A stretch of DNA of 63,947 bases, counting the filler, from Choristocarpus tenellus KU-1152 (taxonomy: Eukaryota > Protista > Phaeophyceae), in the NCBI GenBank assembly GCA_964200185.2. It is 11 parts of 11 records of this genome, joined end to end, with 100 filler letters (N's around TTAATTAATTAA, not from the genome) between each part and the next. Parts side by side here need not be neighbours in the genome. Positions count along the whole stretch, not along the records: positions 12,949 to 20,713 come from CAXNAD020005616.1; positions 20,814 to 36,668 come from CAXNAD020000918.1; 9 more parts are not named here. The stretch is one strand, 5' to 3'. The notes beneath the pieces are model-generated. The model ran no database searches and was not told the DNA's origin. It saw only the letters and a program-made list of their open reading frames with translations. A program made the position numbers and the translations under genes. How positions within the stretch are numbered: position 1 is the stretch's first letter; each line of letters starts with the position of its first letter. Positions 12,949 to 23,282 of the stretch are shown in pieces.

Positions 12949-13029
12949 CACCTTTTTACGACACGAAAGGGGGGGCCCAAAAAGCGCCCCCAGTGCACCC
13001 CCCCCCCCCCCCCCCAGATACTTTGGCCC
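12949..13029. mobile_element. MITE family A, terminal fragment at contig edge
   Basis: Poly-C followed by CAGATACTTTGGCCC, the family A TIR. Confidence 0.7.
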
Positions 13030-13089
13030 TCAGTAGTGCTCAACAAACAAAAATGGATGGCAGGTTTATATATATCCTTACTAACGACG

Positions 13090-13218
13090 AGGTTTATAGG
13101 GTCCCCACTCATGTCAAGTGATTCTTACCCTAACCTAACCTTATCCTAAACGCAAAAAAAATACAGATTAATTTGCATAACGAAACCGAATTTGAGTGGG
13201 GTTACCCTTTATAAACCT
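13090..13218. mobile_element. Small inverted-repeat element with internal telomere-like repeats
   Basis: AGGTTTATAGGGTCCCCACTCA ... TGAGTGGGGTTACCCTTTATAAACCT enclosing TACCCTAACCTAACCTTATCCTAAA. Confidence 0.65.
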
Positions 13219-13870
13219 GGGTAATTACGATTTAGTAATGAGGGTGACTTGGTTCGTAGTAGAATCGAAGGGACCTGTAATTGTGATGGATAATATTCTT
13301 CCCATACGTATCTGTTCTATTGATATTCGTTCTTCGTTCTTCCTTTACCAATAATAGTCTGGTTCGAAATGTGAAAATGCAAGGGGCCGTACTTCCGAGA
13401 AGAAGCGGAGGGACCTGGAAATATGATGGATCATCTCCTCAAGATAACCTCCTCACGATACCATTCGTAAGTAAAATGGCCGTAACCTGGACACCTCTCG
13501 TTTACTCCGTCCCTTTTTGTATATAGACAACGGGCACATATGTATTATATTACATTTTTCTCCAGATATTATATTATGCCCACTGATATTTTTCCAGATA
13601 GATATTGTCATTGACCTTCTGATGCCTCAGCGTGAGTTGCGTATTTGAAAGCAAAAAACCTAGAAAACAACAAGACAAGAAAACAACTAACAAAATAAAT
13701 GAGTTTTGCTTAAACCATATTATTATTGGCTGTTATCCATACTAAATATGTCACGTCTGCAAGAATTATGGCGTTCCTTTGTATGACATATGTAGGGTCC
13801 GGTCCGTACAGGTTACTCAAAAACACCAACTGACCAACCAATCAATCACCAAAACTTCAAAACTTTGTCG

Positions 13871-14290
13871 ATGTATTTTATTATTACGCCCTCTCACATC
13901 TTGGAGATGTGTCAGAGGAAAAACCAATCTAAACTATTCACATGTCAAAAAAATCCCTTAAAAAGTAACAATTGTCATAAAATGTGAAAGACATTAATCT
14001 ATTTGCTATTTTTCTACCAGCTATGCTGTACCACTGCCTTCCTGTGCCTCCAACCTAGCTATTCCTGCACCCCAGGGTGAGGAGCTAGGAAAGGACCCCA
14101 ATAGCCTCACAAGCCCCTCCTTGCCCATCTCCCTGGTGACTCCAGCTTAAAACGCATGACACTTCTAGACAGGGCCACCCACATTGTTACAGAGACTATT
14201 TGTCATAGGCGGACTTTTTAACTGCCCCTTTCCTGCTGTAGCCTCCAGTTCCTCTCCCCCCTACCGCATGAGTAGCTGATAGTTTTACCA
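13871..14290 (-). mobile_element. CRE-like (RLE) non-LTR retrotransposon, 5'-truncated copy with ORF C-terminus, 3' UTR, stem-loop and TAA tail
   Basis: Minus strand reads LSATHAVGGRGTGGYSRKGAVK..(frameshift)..VALSRSVMRFKL and aligns with 21680-22200. The 3' end is CCTCTGACACATCT..AAGATGT.AGAGGGCGTAATAATAAAATACA. Confidence 0.8.
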
Positions 14291-14370
14291 GTGGTAGAGG
14301 TGGGGTGGTATGATGTTGTGAATATTACTGCTGACGATATCCTTAACTCAGCATACAACAAGACGATTGA

Positions 14371-14450
14371 ATGTATTTTATTATTAATGCCTCTGATATT
14401 TTGCAGATGTGTCAGGGGAAAAACCAATGACAACTATTCGCATGTTAGAT
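14371..14450 (-). mobile_element. CRE-like element, 3' terminus only
   Basis: TGTATTTTATTATTAATGCCTCTGATATTTTGCAGATGTGTCAGGGGAAAAACCAAT, the same tail as 13871, 18020 and 57722. Confidence 0.8.
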
Positions 14451-14489
14451 GTACGTACAACCTTCGGTTTCAACCATATATATAATATA

Positions 14490-14885
14490 TGTACGTATAT
14501 ATCACCACTCACTGACATTTTGCGGGTGTGTAAAGGGAGGGAAAGACGAAGACCAAATAATTAAAATAGAAGAATTTTTCATGCAATCATTTTTGGTTTC
14601 CAAATTATTTTTTCCTCTTAAAATGTATACAAAATCTACCACAAAATCCCCTGGAAGGTTTTCCCTACGCAAACCAATGTTCATACTGCAAAATCCCATT
14701 CTACTAGCCTTACGAAGGTGGTTGAGGAGCTAGGAGGAAAACCTCAAGAATCTGTGCAACCCTTTGTGCCCACTAGCCTGATGTCTACAGCTTACCCTGT
14801 ATATATATATATATATCTTTGGAATAAATTATCATGCCCACTCACAGTTTGCAGATGTTTCAGGGGAGAGATTAGACAAAGACCC
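14490..14885 (-). mobile_element. Two further degenerate CRE-like 3' ends (about 14490-14545 and 14826-14880) plus a 3' UTR fragment (14720-14795)
   Basis: CACTGACATTTTGCGGGTGTGTAAAGGG and ATGCCCACTCACAGTTTGCAGATGTTTCAGGGG. GAGGAGCTAGGA...CAGCTTA matches 14078-14150. Confidence 0.6.
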
Positions 14886-15949
14886 AAACCACAAGAACTT
14901 CTGCCACAACAACAGTTGTGGTTTCCAACATATTTCCCCTTCTTGAAATCTGTACTACTACTGTACAACAGTGTGACTTGTGAGGAATTCCCTACAAACA
15001 GATGTTCACAACTGGTGCTGACAAGCTCTCAAGGCATAGCTCTACGAGAACTTCTCCTACGTTGGTAGTAATTCCCAATGCATTCTCCTAAAAACTACAT
15101 GCGCTATACAACATTTCACTACATGATAACCTCTTAGAAAAACATCAGTGGGTATAATAAAATATACTCAGATTACAACAGTAATGTCACCGTGGATATA
15201 CTATCCCCGTAACGCCTATGGCCATGGCGCATATCGATCGGCGCTTATCTTGTCCATCTAAATGTTGTATTTTACCCGTTAACATATCTATTATCTGCTG
15301 TTTCCACATTTATTTATTTGCTATCAAATGTAGTTTTGATGTTTCCCCCCAATTATTGATTAATACGGAAGGAAGTAATAGGTACGCAGATGGCCATAGC
15401 TCTTGCAACTCTTGCTCAAATAGGACAAAACAGGCATGAGGTGGAAACTGAGAGCAAGGGCCATCTGGTGTTACCAAATAGCACAGGGTACTAATCTATT
15501 ACAGTTGTTTTGAGATATTGTTGCAACGTGTTGGAAATTACATCTCGATGGGACAAAGTAGCTACATATTACGGTTATACGTGAGAAAGCACATACTGCC
15601 AAGAGCTTAATGTTAAGACCATTGTATAGGTATAAAGGCCGTGCTTTTGGGAGTGATACAGGACCAGAGAAATACAGCATTTACTGTTGGTGTAGCAGTT
15701 ACATATTTCGAGGTATTTGGATGAACTTGGCGTACAGGGCATGAAAAGCAAAGAGAGCACACATGGTGCATTCTGCTAACGCAGATACAAAATAATATGT
15801 TATCTCTGGATGTTACTGAGTGTGAGACTGGACTCCCAGGCCTGTGTTGTGCTCATGCAGCCTCTTTATTTCTTTAATCCTCTACACGAGTTGCCATCTT
15901 CCACCCACCTCTTTTCGCCCACATCCATTTCCTGCTCTTCATCATTCTT

Positions 15950-17990
15950 ATCTACACTCGAAAATATGTCATCTTCAGTCCCAGGTGGATCATGTACTCA
16001 TCCCTCAGCTTCCTCTCTCCATCCTCCCCAGTCATGTTCAGCTTAAGCCTTCTCATCCAGACATATTTAGCAGCTTCACTCAAGGCTAGCAACTCCGCCT
16101 TTGTCTTCTCCTCCTTTCGCGTATTCGGCCCCTTGCCCACGTCCTTTCCGAACTATAGCTCCCCCATGATCTACCCTGTCGTAAAGTCTTCAGAACCCCA
16201 ATTGCGATACCCCTGTAGAGATTCACTTGTATTCGTGGATGACTGTGAGCTGTGTTGATCAGAGACTGTAGGGCGCCTCACACAGTTCCCAGCTACCACA
16301 TGGAAGAACCTGTTACTCTATTGAACGCCATCAGGTCGAAACTATTCCCCATTCGATAGGTAAATCCCCAAACCAACCTCTCAACTACTAGGCACCATTA
16401 TACAACCACTAGAACCCCCCTGAAGATGAAAAGAATACAAGGGTTCTGATCTTTCCAATACACTCGCTCATCGTGGAGAGATTGCGATGATGGACTTTCG
16501 CCTCGTCATAATCCATATTACTGTCTGTTTTGGCAAAGTCCTCACAAATCTAAGTGCAAAATTCATTGTGTGGAATCGCTACATATCTCGTGAACGAGCT
16601 TGAACAGAGGGGAAAAACTCCGGGTTTTGATATTGCCAGGTACATGGGACATCCGTTGCTTCTTTGCAAGTCATTAGGGATCTATTTCGAAAACTGAAAT
16701 AGACGGCTCAACTTCTAAGCCTCACTGAACAGCCGACACGATGCTTTAGGACACGAGAAGTACAACCTGTACAGTTTTAGAATCCTGATATTTCCAGTGC
16801 TCTAATTTGCATGGATTGTCGAGGATGCTGTAGCGATGCAGTGAAGAGTGACATTTCATTTTCTATTTAGGTAATATAAAAAATATAATGCCGCCTCTTT
16901 AAATAGTGGACTACACAAACCAAGAATATTTATGGCTATTTATTGGTTATTATGCAGGTCAGGACTCTGTGGGGAATATCCCGACTACTAAACAGCACTG
17001 CTCCTCACTGTAACTATTGACTCTTACACAACGGCCAATTTTCCCCCCCCTCGTTCCTGCCTTCCTTCTCGTGCGTTGGATGGCTTATCACTCCCACCAC
17101 TTGTTCCTCCATCTCTATCGAACCTTGTCTTGGACCTGCCTCGATGTTTCCACCTTGATCTTGGTTCGGTGTTTGTGTGGTATAGATACATGCAGGATAT
17201 CTATGTATGTATTCTGTTCTTCTTCTCATGCGGAGAGGATGGTCGAAACCAGATAACCGTAGAAAGAAGTCGGGCACCAAAGGGGTTCGAATCAGTGAAA
17301 TTCATGCGGGTATAGTGGCCACCTTACCCACTGCATCATATGTAGACGCCCTAAATAACACCAGAGTTTCAATGCGATTCAAGTCCACATTCTCTCGTCA
17401 CGAGATTTTAGTTGGATGAACTATGTTTCAAGTGTAAAGGGATGTACACCTACCTGTTCCTCACTATCTTCCTCAAACTACAAAAAAGGGATGCGGAAGA
17501 TCTGGATTGTGGTAGAGATCGTGTTGGAAGGATTCATTGTGGAAGTATGGAATATGGATGAGATTGGAGGGAGGAAATGAAGTGGCAAGGGGTGGTAACA
17601 GCCGATTTCAAAAATTGAGGATGGGCTTGACCCAAAATTGACTGGGATAAAGTGTCGATATGTTTTTTTTGAATTGTCCTGTTTGGTATTGGTACAGATA
17701 ATTCCCAAGAAAAATGAAGTCAAGGTAGTGTGAGAGTCGAATTAGTTGTAATGCACGAGTCAAGTTGGAACAGTAATGTGGGTAGGGTTATAAATATTAT
17801 TGGAGTTTGTACTAGTGTCGTGTAGATAGATGGTCATCTGAATCCAGGTCAAGGGTAGATAGAATAAATACCAACCAAATCGATAGAATAATTCTAACAT
17901 ATCTGTATTCATTGTGGAGAACTTTCTCAACATAAGTTTGTGAGAAAAAATAATAGCAATTTGTTCTTTCTGTAATAGTATAACAATATT
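15950..17990 (-). pseudogene. Highly decayed LINE (L1/Tx1-like) ORF2 fragments
   Basis: Motif-like remnants in the expected order on the minus strand: LDFIFLG-like (AP-endonuclease, ~17710), KIGRCVRVNS (post-RT, ~17030), LPCG...P(Y)SL*STQLTVIHEYK* (zf-RVT-like, ~16230-16305), LALSEAAKYVWMRRL (C-terminal, ~16060). Many stops. Confidence 0.35.
17596..17670 (+). mobile_element. Dispersed repeat family F, end fragment
   Basis: TAACAGCCGATTTCAAAAATTGAGGATGG, identical to 61149-61177. Confidence 0.75.
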
Positions 17991-18019
17991 TGGTACAATT
18001 GGGTGAAGGTAAGTAATTT

Positions 18020-18075
18020 TTATTTTATTATTATGCCCTCTGACATTTTGCAGATGTGTCAGGGGGAAACCAATG
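18020..18075 (-). mobile_element. CRE-like element, 3' terminus
   Basis: TATTTTATTATTATGCCCTCTGACATTTTGCAGATGTGTCAGGGGGAAACCAAT. Confidence 0.8.
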
Positions 18076-19835
18076 CAAAGAAATAAGTAATTTTTATCAC
18101 ATTGTATTGATAATGAGGGTAACGTGTGTCAAAGAAGTATCGAAGGGATCTGGAATAGAGATGGATAATCTTGTTGTGATGTATTTCTCTTGACATTGTT
18201 TCTCTCAACTACAATTTCCACCTTCAAAATAGTGGGTTGGTTACTTCACAGAAAAGTGGGAGGGACTTTGAATTATGATAAAATAGAGAATCTTCTTGCA
18301 ATGGGTTGTTCTGATGTTCTCTCTCCTCAGTTACACCAACTTCAAATGCCAGTGTGAATGGAGATTAGACATACATACCAAATAGTAATATCGTGTCTCT
18401 TATTGTTTCCAAATTGAGAACAAACATAATATGTAAAATGTCAGTTGGCATAATATCTAATGCGTATAGTATATAGAATTTTTTGCTTCATCCCTAAGCA
18501 TACTATCTTTATCCCATAAATCTGTATATATTATGTATATTATTATAAACATTGACATTTTGTAAATGTGTCGTCAGTTGGAATCACAATATAAATATAT
18601 ATGCCCACTGTCCACATATCTCATACCCCATGATGACCCTCTAAATTTGTTAAAGATCCAACTTGTACACACTAATAGTATACAGTAGTAGTCAGAATTA
18701 TCAGGTGAACCGCAAAATATGTATATTTTGGTACTTCCTCATCTCCTATTAACTTGCCACCAACACTTGAACCACAAAGAGGGCAACCCACAATCGAATC
18801 GCACAAGACGAGGAAGGGTGAGGAGTGGTTGACCTTTGTGCACAAGGTTTCTCCTCCTTCTGCACAGCGCTGGCCATGGTGTATTAGTACAACAAGTTTA
18901 GTCTCATATATTTTAAAACAAAACTAACAACGAAGATTATTCATCCTCGTCCTATTTGAGATCGACTCTGACAAGAGTTATCTGCCCGATCGAGGTGGCC
19001 GAAACTCTCAGTCAAGCGAATTGTTGTCATATAATAGTGCTTTCCAACCTTCAGTGGAAATATACATTGCCCCTTCCGTCCACCAAAGATGAATGCAAGT
19101 GAAGTCTGCCTACCTGCCTCTGTTAGGACCTGGTTTGTGTGACCGACCTCTCATACACTAGCAGTATCACAGTCAGTTCGTGTAGGCAACTTGTTCAATT
19201 TAACTATTGCCGAGTTGGCATGCACAGAGCCCTCGACTAGACCTCTACCCCTCGACAACTGCCTGTTATACAAATTTCTGCGCAGGTCGTTCCTACATTT
19301 TGCAACGAGGCAGAGTTAGTGAATAGGAGTGACTGCTTCGGGGGAAGCTGGGCCATCCGACAACACTCGGGGTGCCTGAGGTGGGTCTGCAGTAGTTGTA
19401 CATTGAAACGTAGATTACGAGATACGAACTTTGAGGTTACGAACCCATGACCTTGCCGGCTTTAGATCCTAGTCTCCCAAACCAAATGAAAGAGCATGGA
19501 GATGGTGGACTTCATCAATGTAGGAGAGACAATCCAAGTTGTCTGTGATATATATAAATTACTATATATCTCCAGATATGTTGCAGTTGTGCGTGCAATC
19601 CCTTCAGTCTTTTCAGTGTGTACATCAAATCACTTTGACCTAATCTGGAATAGATTATACGAGAGACTCCTCTAATTTGATTCCGGTGCCATACTAGGAG
19701 TCAAGTATGTCGAGAAAGAAGCACGATCTGATGGGTACGATTAATATTATATCTCCTGCTGGACATCAAAACAACCGAATGAGAGAGTTGCAGTATGTGC
19801 CGACTTCAATGCAATAGAGTGTTTACGTCTACTCA

Positions 19836-20028
19836 AAGCCAAGTAGTTCAGAGGTAGGCAGGTTTGGACCTTTTGGCATTCTAAACCACCTTTCTTACCC
19901 CCCTTTCCATGCACAAAGTGACACCACAATTCAGTAAAGACTATTTCTGCAATTGTACAAAATGGCGTCTTATTGCCATTTCCCCAGATGCTTAAATGAA
20001 ACCTTGCCTACCTCACAGTTATTGCGTT
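19836..20028 (+). mobile_element. MITE family C, internally deleted copy
   Basis: Matches 42942-43202 (AGAGGTAGGCAGGTTTGGA...AAAGTGACACCACAATTCAGT...ACCTTGCC.ACCTC). Confidence 0.8.
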
Positions 20029-20713
20029 AGTAACAGATTAATGTAATGAATTCCTTCGATTCTGGAACTTGCGACAGCAAACTGTCAGTCAAATGGGTGC
20101 CAATGATGTGCATGCATGGACATTAGTAGTTGTTCTTCTCAGGACAATTGGATCTTGGGCAGGGAGGAATCACCTCTCATCTGGACCATCGACAGGGATG
20201 ACCAGGGTAGAAGTGAATTTTGATTGTAGGTATTGTGTGATTATGAAAAAAATCATATGTGTTGTTTTGGGTTCACCTTAAATGTTAGGAGCAATACATG
20301 GGCTGATCAGGGATATCCACGTCATATGTGTAGTTGAGATTGTCTGTGGTCCAGTGAGTGAATTCCATCGTTCAACACTGATCCTGGGATGAAGTCTCTT
20401 TTGACTGATCTCCTCGTGGTTCTACTATAATTCCTGCCAATTTCTTACTCCAACCACTGTTTCCGACTTGAATATCAATGTGCCGTATAATGCGTCCACT
20501 TTCCCTCATAAAAGATTCGGTACGCAGTATTTGTCCAGTTTGTACTCAATTGCTAATATTAATAGAGGACAGGGTACACTTATATGGATAGGTCACTGTA
20601 GGAGTCACACAGGTCACGTGGGTACACGAGGATGCTTGAATACCTTTCAGGGCTTGAGTCAATTTTTTTGGGGGGGGGGCAACCGGTAGGTGCTTCTCCA
20701 AAAAATGAAGGAA

Positions 20714-20813
20714 NNNNNNNNNNNNNNNNNNNNNNNNNNNNNNNNNNNNNNNNNNNNTTAATTAATTAANNNNNNNNNNNNNNNNNNNNNNNNNNNNNNN
20801 NNNNNNNNNNNNN
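20714..20813. other. Artificial contig spacer
   Basis: N44-TTAATTAATTAA-N44. Confidence 0.98.
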
Positions 20814-21190
20814 CAATGGTGAAACGCCTACACCAACTATGAAAGGGGATGGGCATCCCTTGCACTATGGAGGATGGCAGCCCTTTCACAGAGGACAGGA
20901 ACCTTCGCATGGATCTGATGTTCCATGTAGGGGCGCTGGCGGACGCTGGAAAAATCTCCTACAGGGACAAAGACCTTCTACTCAATGTCACATCCGCAGA
21001 GGTACAGGAAACCTTCCACCTTACCCACTCATCCACCAGCAATGGTGTATGCTGCAGCCGAGGCGTGAAAGCGCACCCACAACGAGGGCTCTTTTGATCC
21101 TCGTAGTTATAATTTCAACACCTTCGTGGTGGAAATGTTTGGGCGCCTCTGTCACAGGGTGGAAGTCTCGGTAGGACCTCCATGTTACAG
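20814..21190 (+). mobile_element. CRE-like non-LTR retrotransposon, restriction-like endonuclease (RLE) domain relic
   Basis: MGIPCTMEDGSPFTEDRNLRMDLMFHVGALADAGKISYRDKDLLLNVT (R-x-D ... L-D/N-V-T RLE core), then frameshifted GSFDPRSYNFNTFVVEMFGRL (E-x-x-G motif). Confidence 0.8.
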
Positions 21191-21649
21191 CGTGCCCCTC
21201 AGAACTCACCTCCACCAGATATGCAACTCAAATCCAACGACCTTAAAATGACGCTACGCGGGGGTCCACAGATGATGACCACGTATGGTCTTAGTTGATG
21301 CTTAGCTCAGTCAATATATCGCTTTTCGCTTTATCGAAAGATGTAAGGATCAAAGAACTGAGTGTGTGGTCAACAGCACTCAGCCTTTTATTAACATCAT
21401 TCGCCATTTTTCTACAGCCAAAGAGTTAAATGAAGTCTGCAAATTGCTATGTAGATACTTCAATCATTAATCTTTATTCTGTAACTTGCAGGAATTGACA
21501 TCTATTCTGCAAGATTATGTTTACATTTCAAATCTTAATCTGCATCTTCTATCAATTCAAAGTTCCTCCTCAACACAAATTCTTACGTATGTATACTGTT
21601 CGCGCATTTTGGCATGCAGAAAGAAATGCTCGCACTATTCGCCTGTAAC

Positions 21650-22290
21650 ACCTCGGCAAGCGAGCAGAATATTTCCTGGATGAGCTGGCTACTACTCACA
21701 TGGTAGGGGGGCGGGGAGCTGGAGGTTATAGAGTGAACGTATCTTAGAGGGTACGAACTTTGTCCTGTTTGTCCATGTGGGGCTTGGCTTCCCATGGGTT
21801 TTTATTGACATTTTTAAATGTTTCAGAGTAGGTAAAATGTATCCATTATGAAAAGGAGTGTCCAGACAAGGATATTGACATCTCCTAACAAACATGATAG
21901 CCAAAATTATATCAAAATTGCAACATTGGATTCTGGTCCCCGAATGGACGTGGCTGTACCCTCTAAGGTACTTTGGCTCATAGCAGGAAAGGAGTAGTTA
22001 AATCCCAGCTACGCCAAATAGTCTCGGCAACTACGCAGGTGGCACTGTCCAGACGTGTCATGTGTTTTAAGCTGAAATCACCAGGAAGATAGGCACGGAG
22101 GGGTTTATTATTGGCTTCTTGGGATGCCTCCCTAGCTCCCCCCCCGGGGCACAGATATAGGTAGATTGGAGACACAGGAAGGCAGTAGTACAACATAGAG
22201 ATAGTGTTACAGGCGCCCCAGAAAGCTTACCTCCACAGGATGTATAGCTCCAATCTACGGGCCTATAGATGATATTGATATACGTATAGG
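21650..22290 (+). mobile_element. CRE-like retrotransposon ORF C-terminus and 3' UTR, split by a MITE
   Basis: LGKRAEYFLDELATTHMVGG.GAGGY [MITE] SRKGVVKSQLRQIVSATTQVALSRRVMCFKL. Nucleotide match to the reverse complement of 14020-14290. Confidence 0.8.
21731..21979 (-). mobile_element. MITE family B, complete copy nested in the CRE-like element
   Basis: Ends GAGTGAACGTATCTTAGAGGGTA / TACCCTCTAAGGTACTTTGGCTC, flanked by ATA on both sides. Confidence 0.9.
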
Positions 22291-22371
22291 ACTTCTGATG
22301 CACAAGTCGTCAAGTATGCTGGATCTCTCACTTGGACTATCGTCAATATCATCGTATAATAAGGAACTGAT

Positions 22372-22627
22372 GAGCCAAAGTATCTTAGAGGGTAGAGCCG
22401 TGTCCATTTGAGGGTCAAAATCCAAGGTCGCGATTTAATTTTGACTATCGTGTTTGTTAGGAAGTGTCAAGATATCTATGTTTCAGACACACCTCTTTAC
22501 AACATATATATATTTACCTACTCCTAAACATTTTGGAGTAGGAAAATGTCATATAAAACCCCATGGGAAGCCAAGCCCCAAATGGACAAACGGGGCAAAA
22601 GTCATACCCTCTGAGATAGTTTCATTC
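22372..22627 (+). mobile_element. MITE family B, complete copy
   Basis: GAGCCAAAGTATCTTAGAGGGTAGAGCCGTGTCCATTTG ... CAAATGGACAAAC...TACCCTCTGAGATAGTTTCATTC. Confidence 0.9.
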
Positions 22628-23282
22628 GGAATTGGCTATCATGATCATATGTGAGTTACACACATTGATGTACTCCGGAACATAAAAAAAAACTGCTGTA
22701 ACAAAGAGGCGAATCACTCTTGACTTGAACTTGCTACTGGACTCTATCTTTCTTGTAAGCCATCAAATGTTTTTTGTCTGGTCAAAGCTGGACTGGACAG
22801 CACCATAATCCGACAAGCACCATAATTTTAGTATTGATCCAAGGTCACCTCACTGTCTCGTGGAGACCTTTGTAGTTCCCCATTTTGGCCTTAATAATGG
22901 CAAATTGTAGCTCCATTGGTATACTTCGAAGTAGGAGGGCCTTGTAGATTTAACTAGGATAAAAATACTTGACCTTTAGGGTATCATGAGCTATGTCTAG
23001 ATCCCCTTCAGATACTAATATTGAGCCTGACTAAATCAATGTTAGGCAAAGAGACCTTTAGTCAACAACATGAATGAGGTTGTACCTTGCCTTGTAAATG
23101 TCCCTGAAGTTGACCTTAACACGAAATAAGCATCTTAGTATCTTCGGTTCACATATGCAAGTACAACAATTAAACTCGTGTAGTCTTCCCAAGGAAGATG
23201 CCTTTGTCGCCTGTACCTTTCATCTTAAATACGCAAAATCTCCTCCAAAACTTGCACTTGCTCTGGGAATCACACACTCAAG

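Noticed and set aside
13540-14885. Repeated hairpin motif as a CRISPR-like repeat-spacer array
   Set aside because: Spacing is irregular (roughly 120-500 bp), copies are diverged and dispersed on other contigs, and they are linked to retrotransposon ORF remnants.
16040-16110. Ty1/copia RNase H (AELLALSEAAK resembles AEYVALSEAAK)
   Set aside because: No downstream DN, KHID or ADxxTK motifs and no LTR; the context fits a LINE ORF2 C-terminus at least as well.
17270-17310. tRNA (GGTTCGAATC T-loop-like motif)
   Set aside because: No T-stem pairing, D arm or acceptor stem around it.
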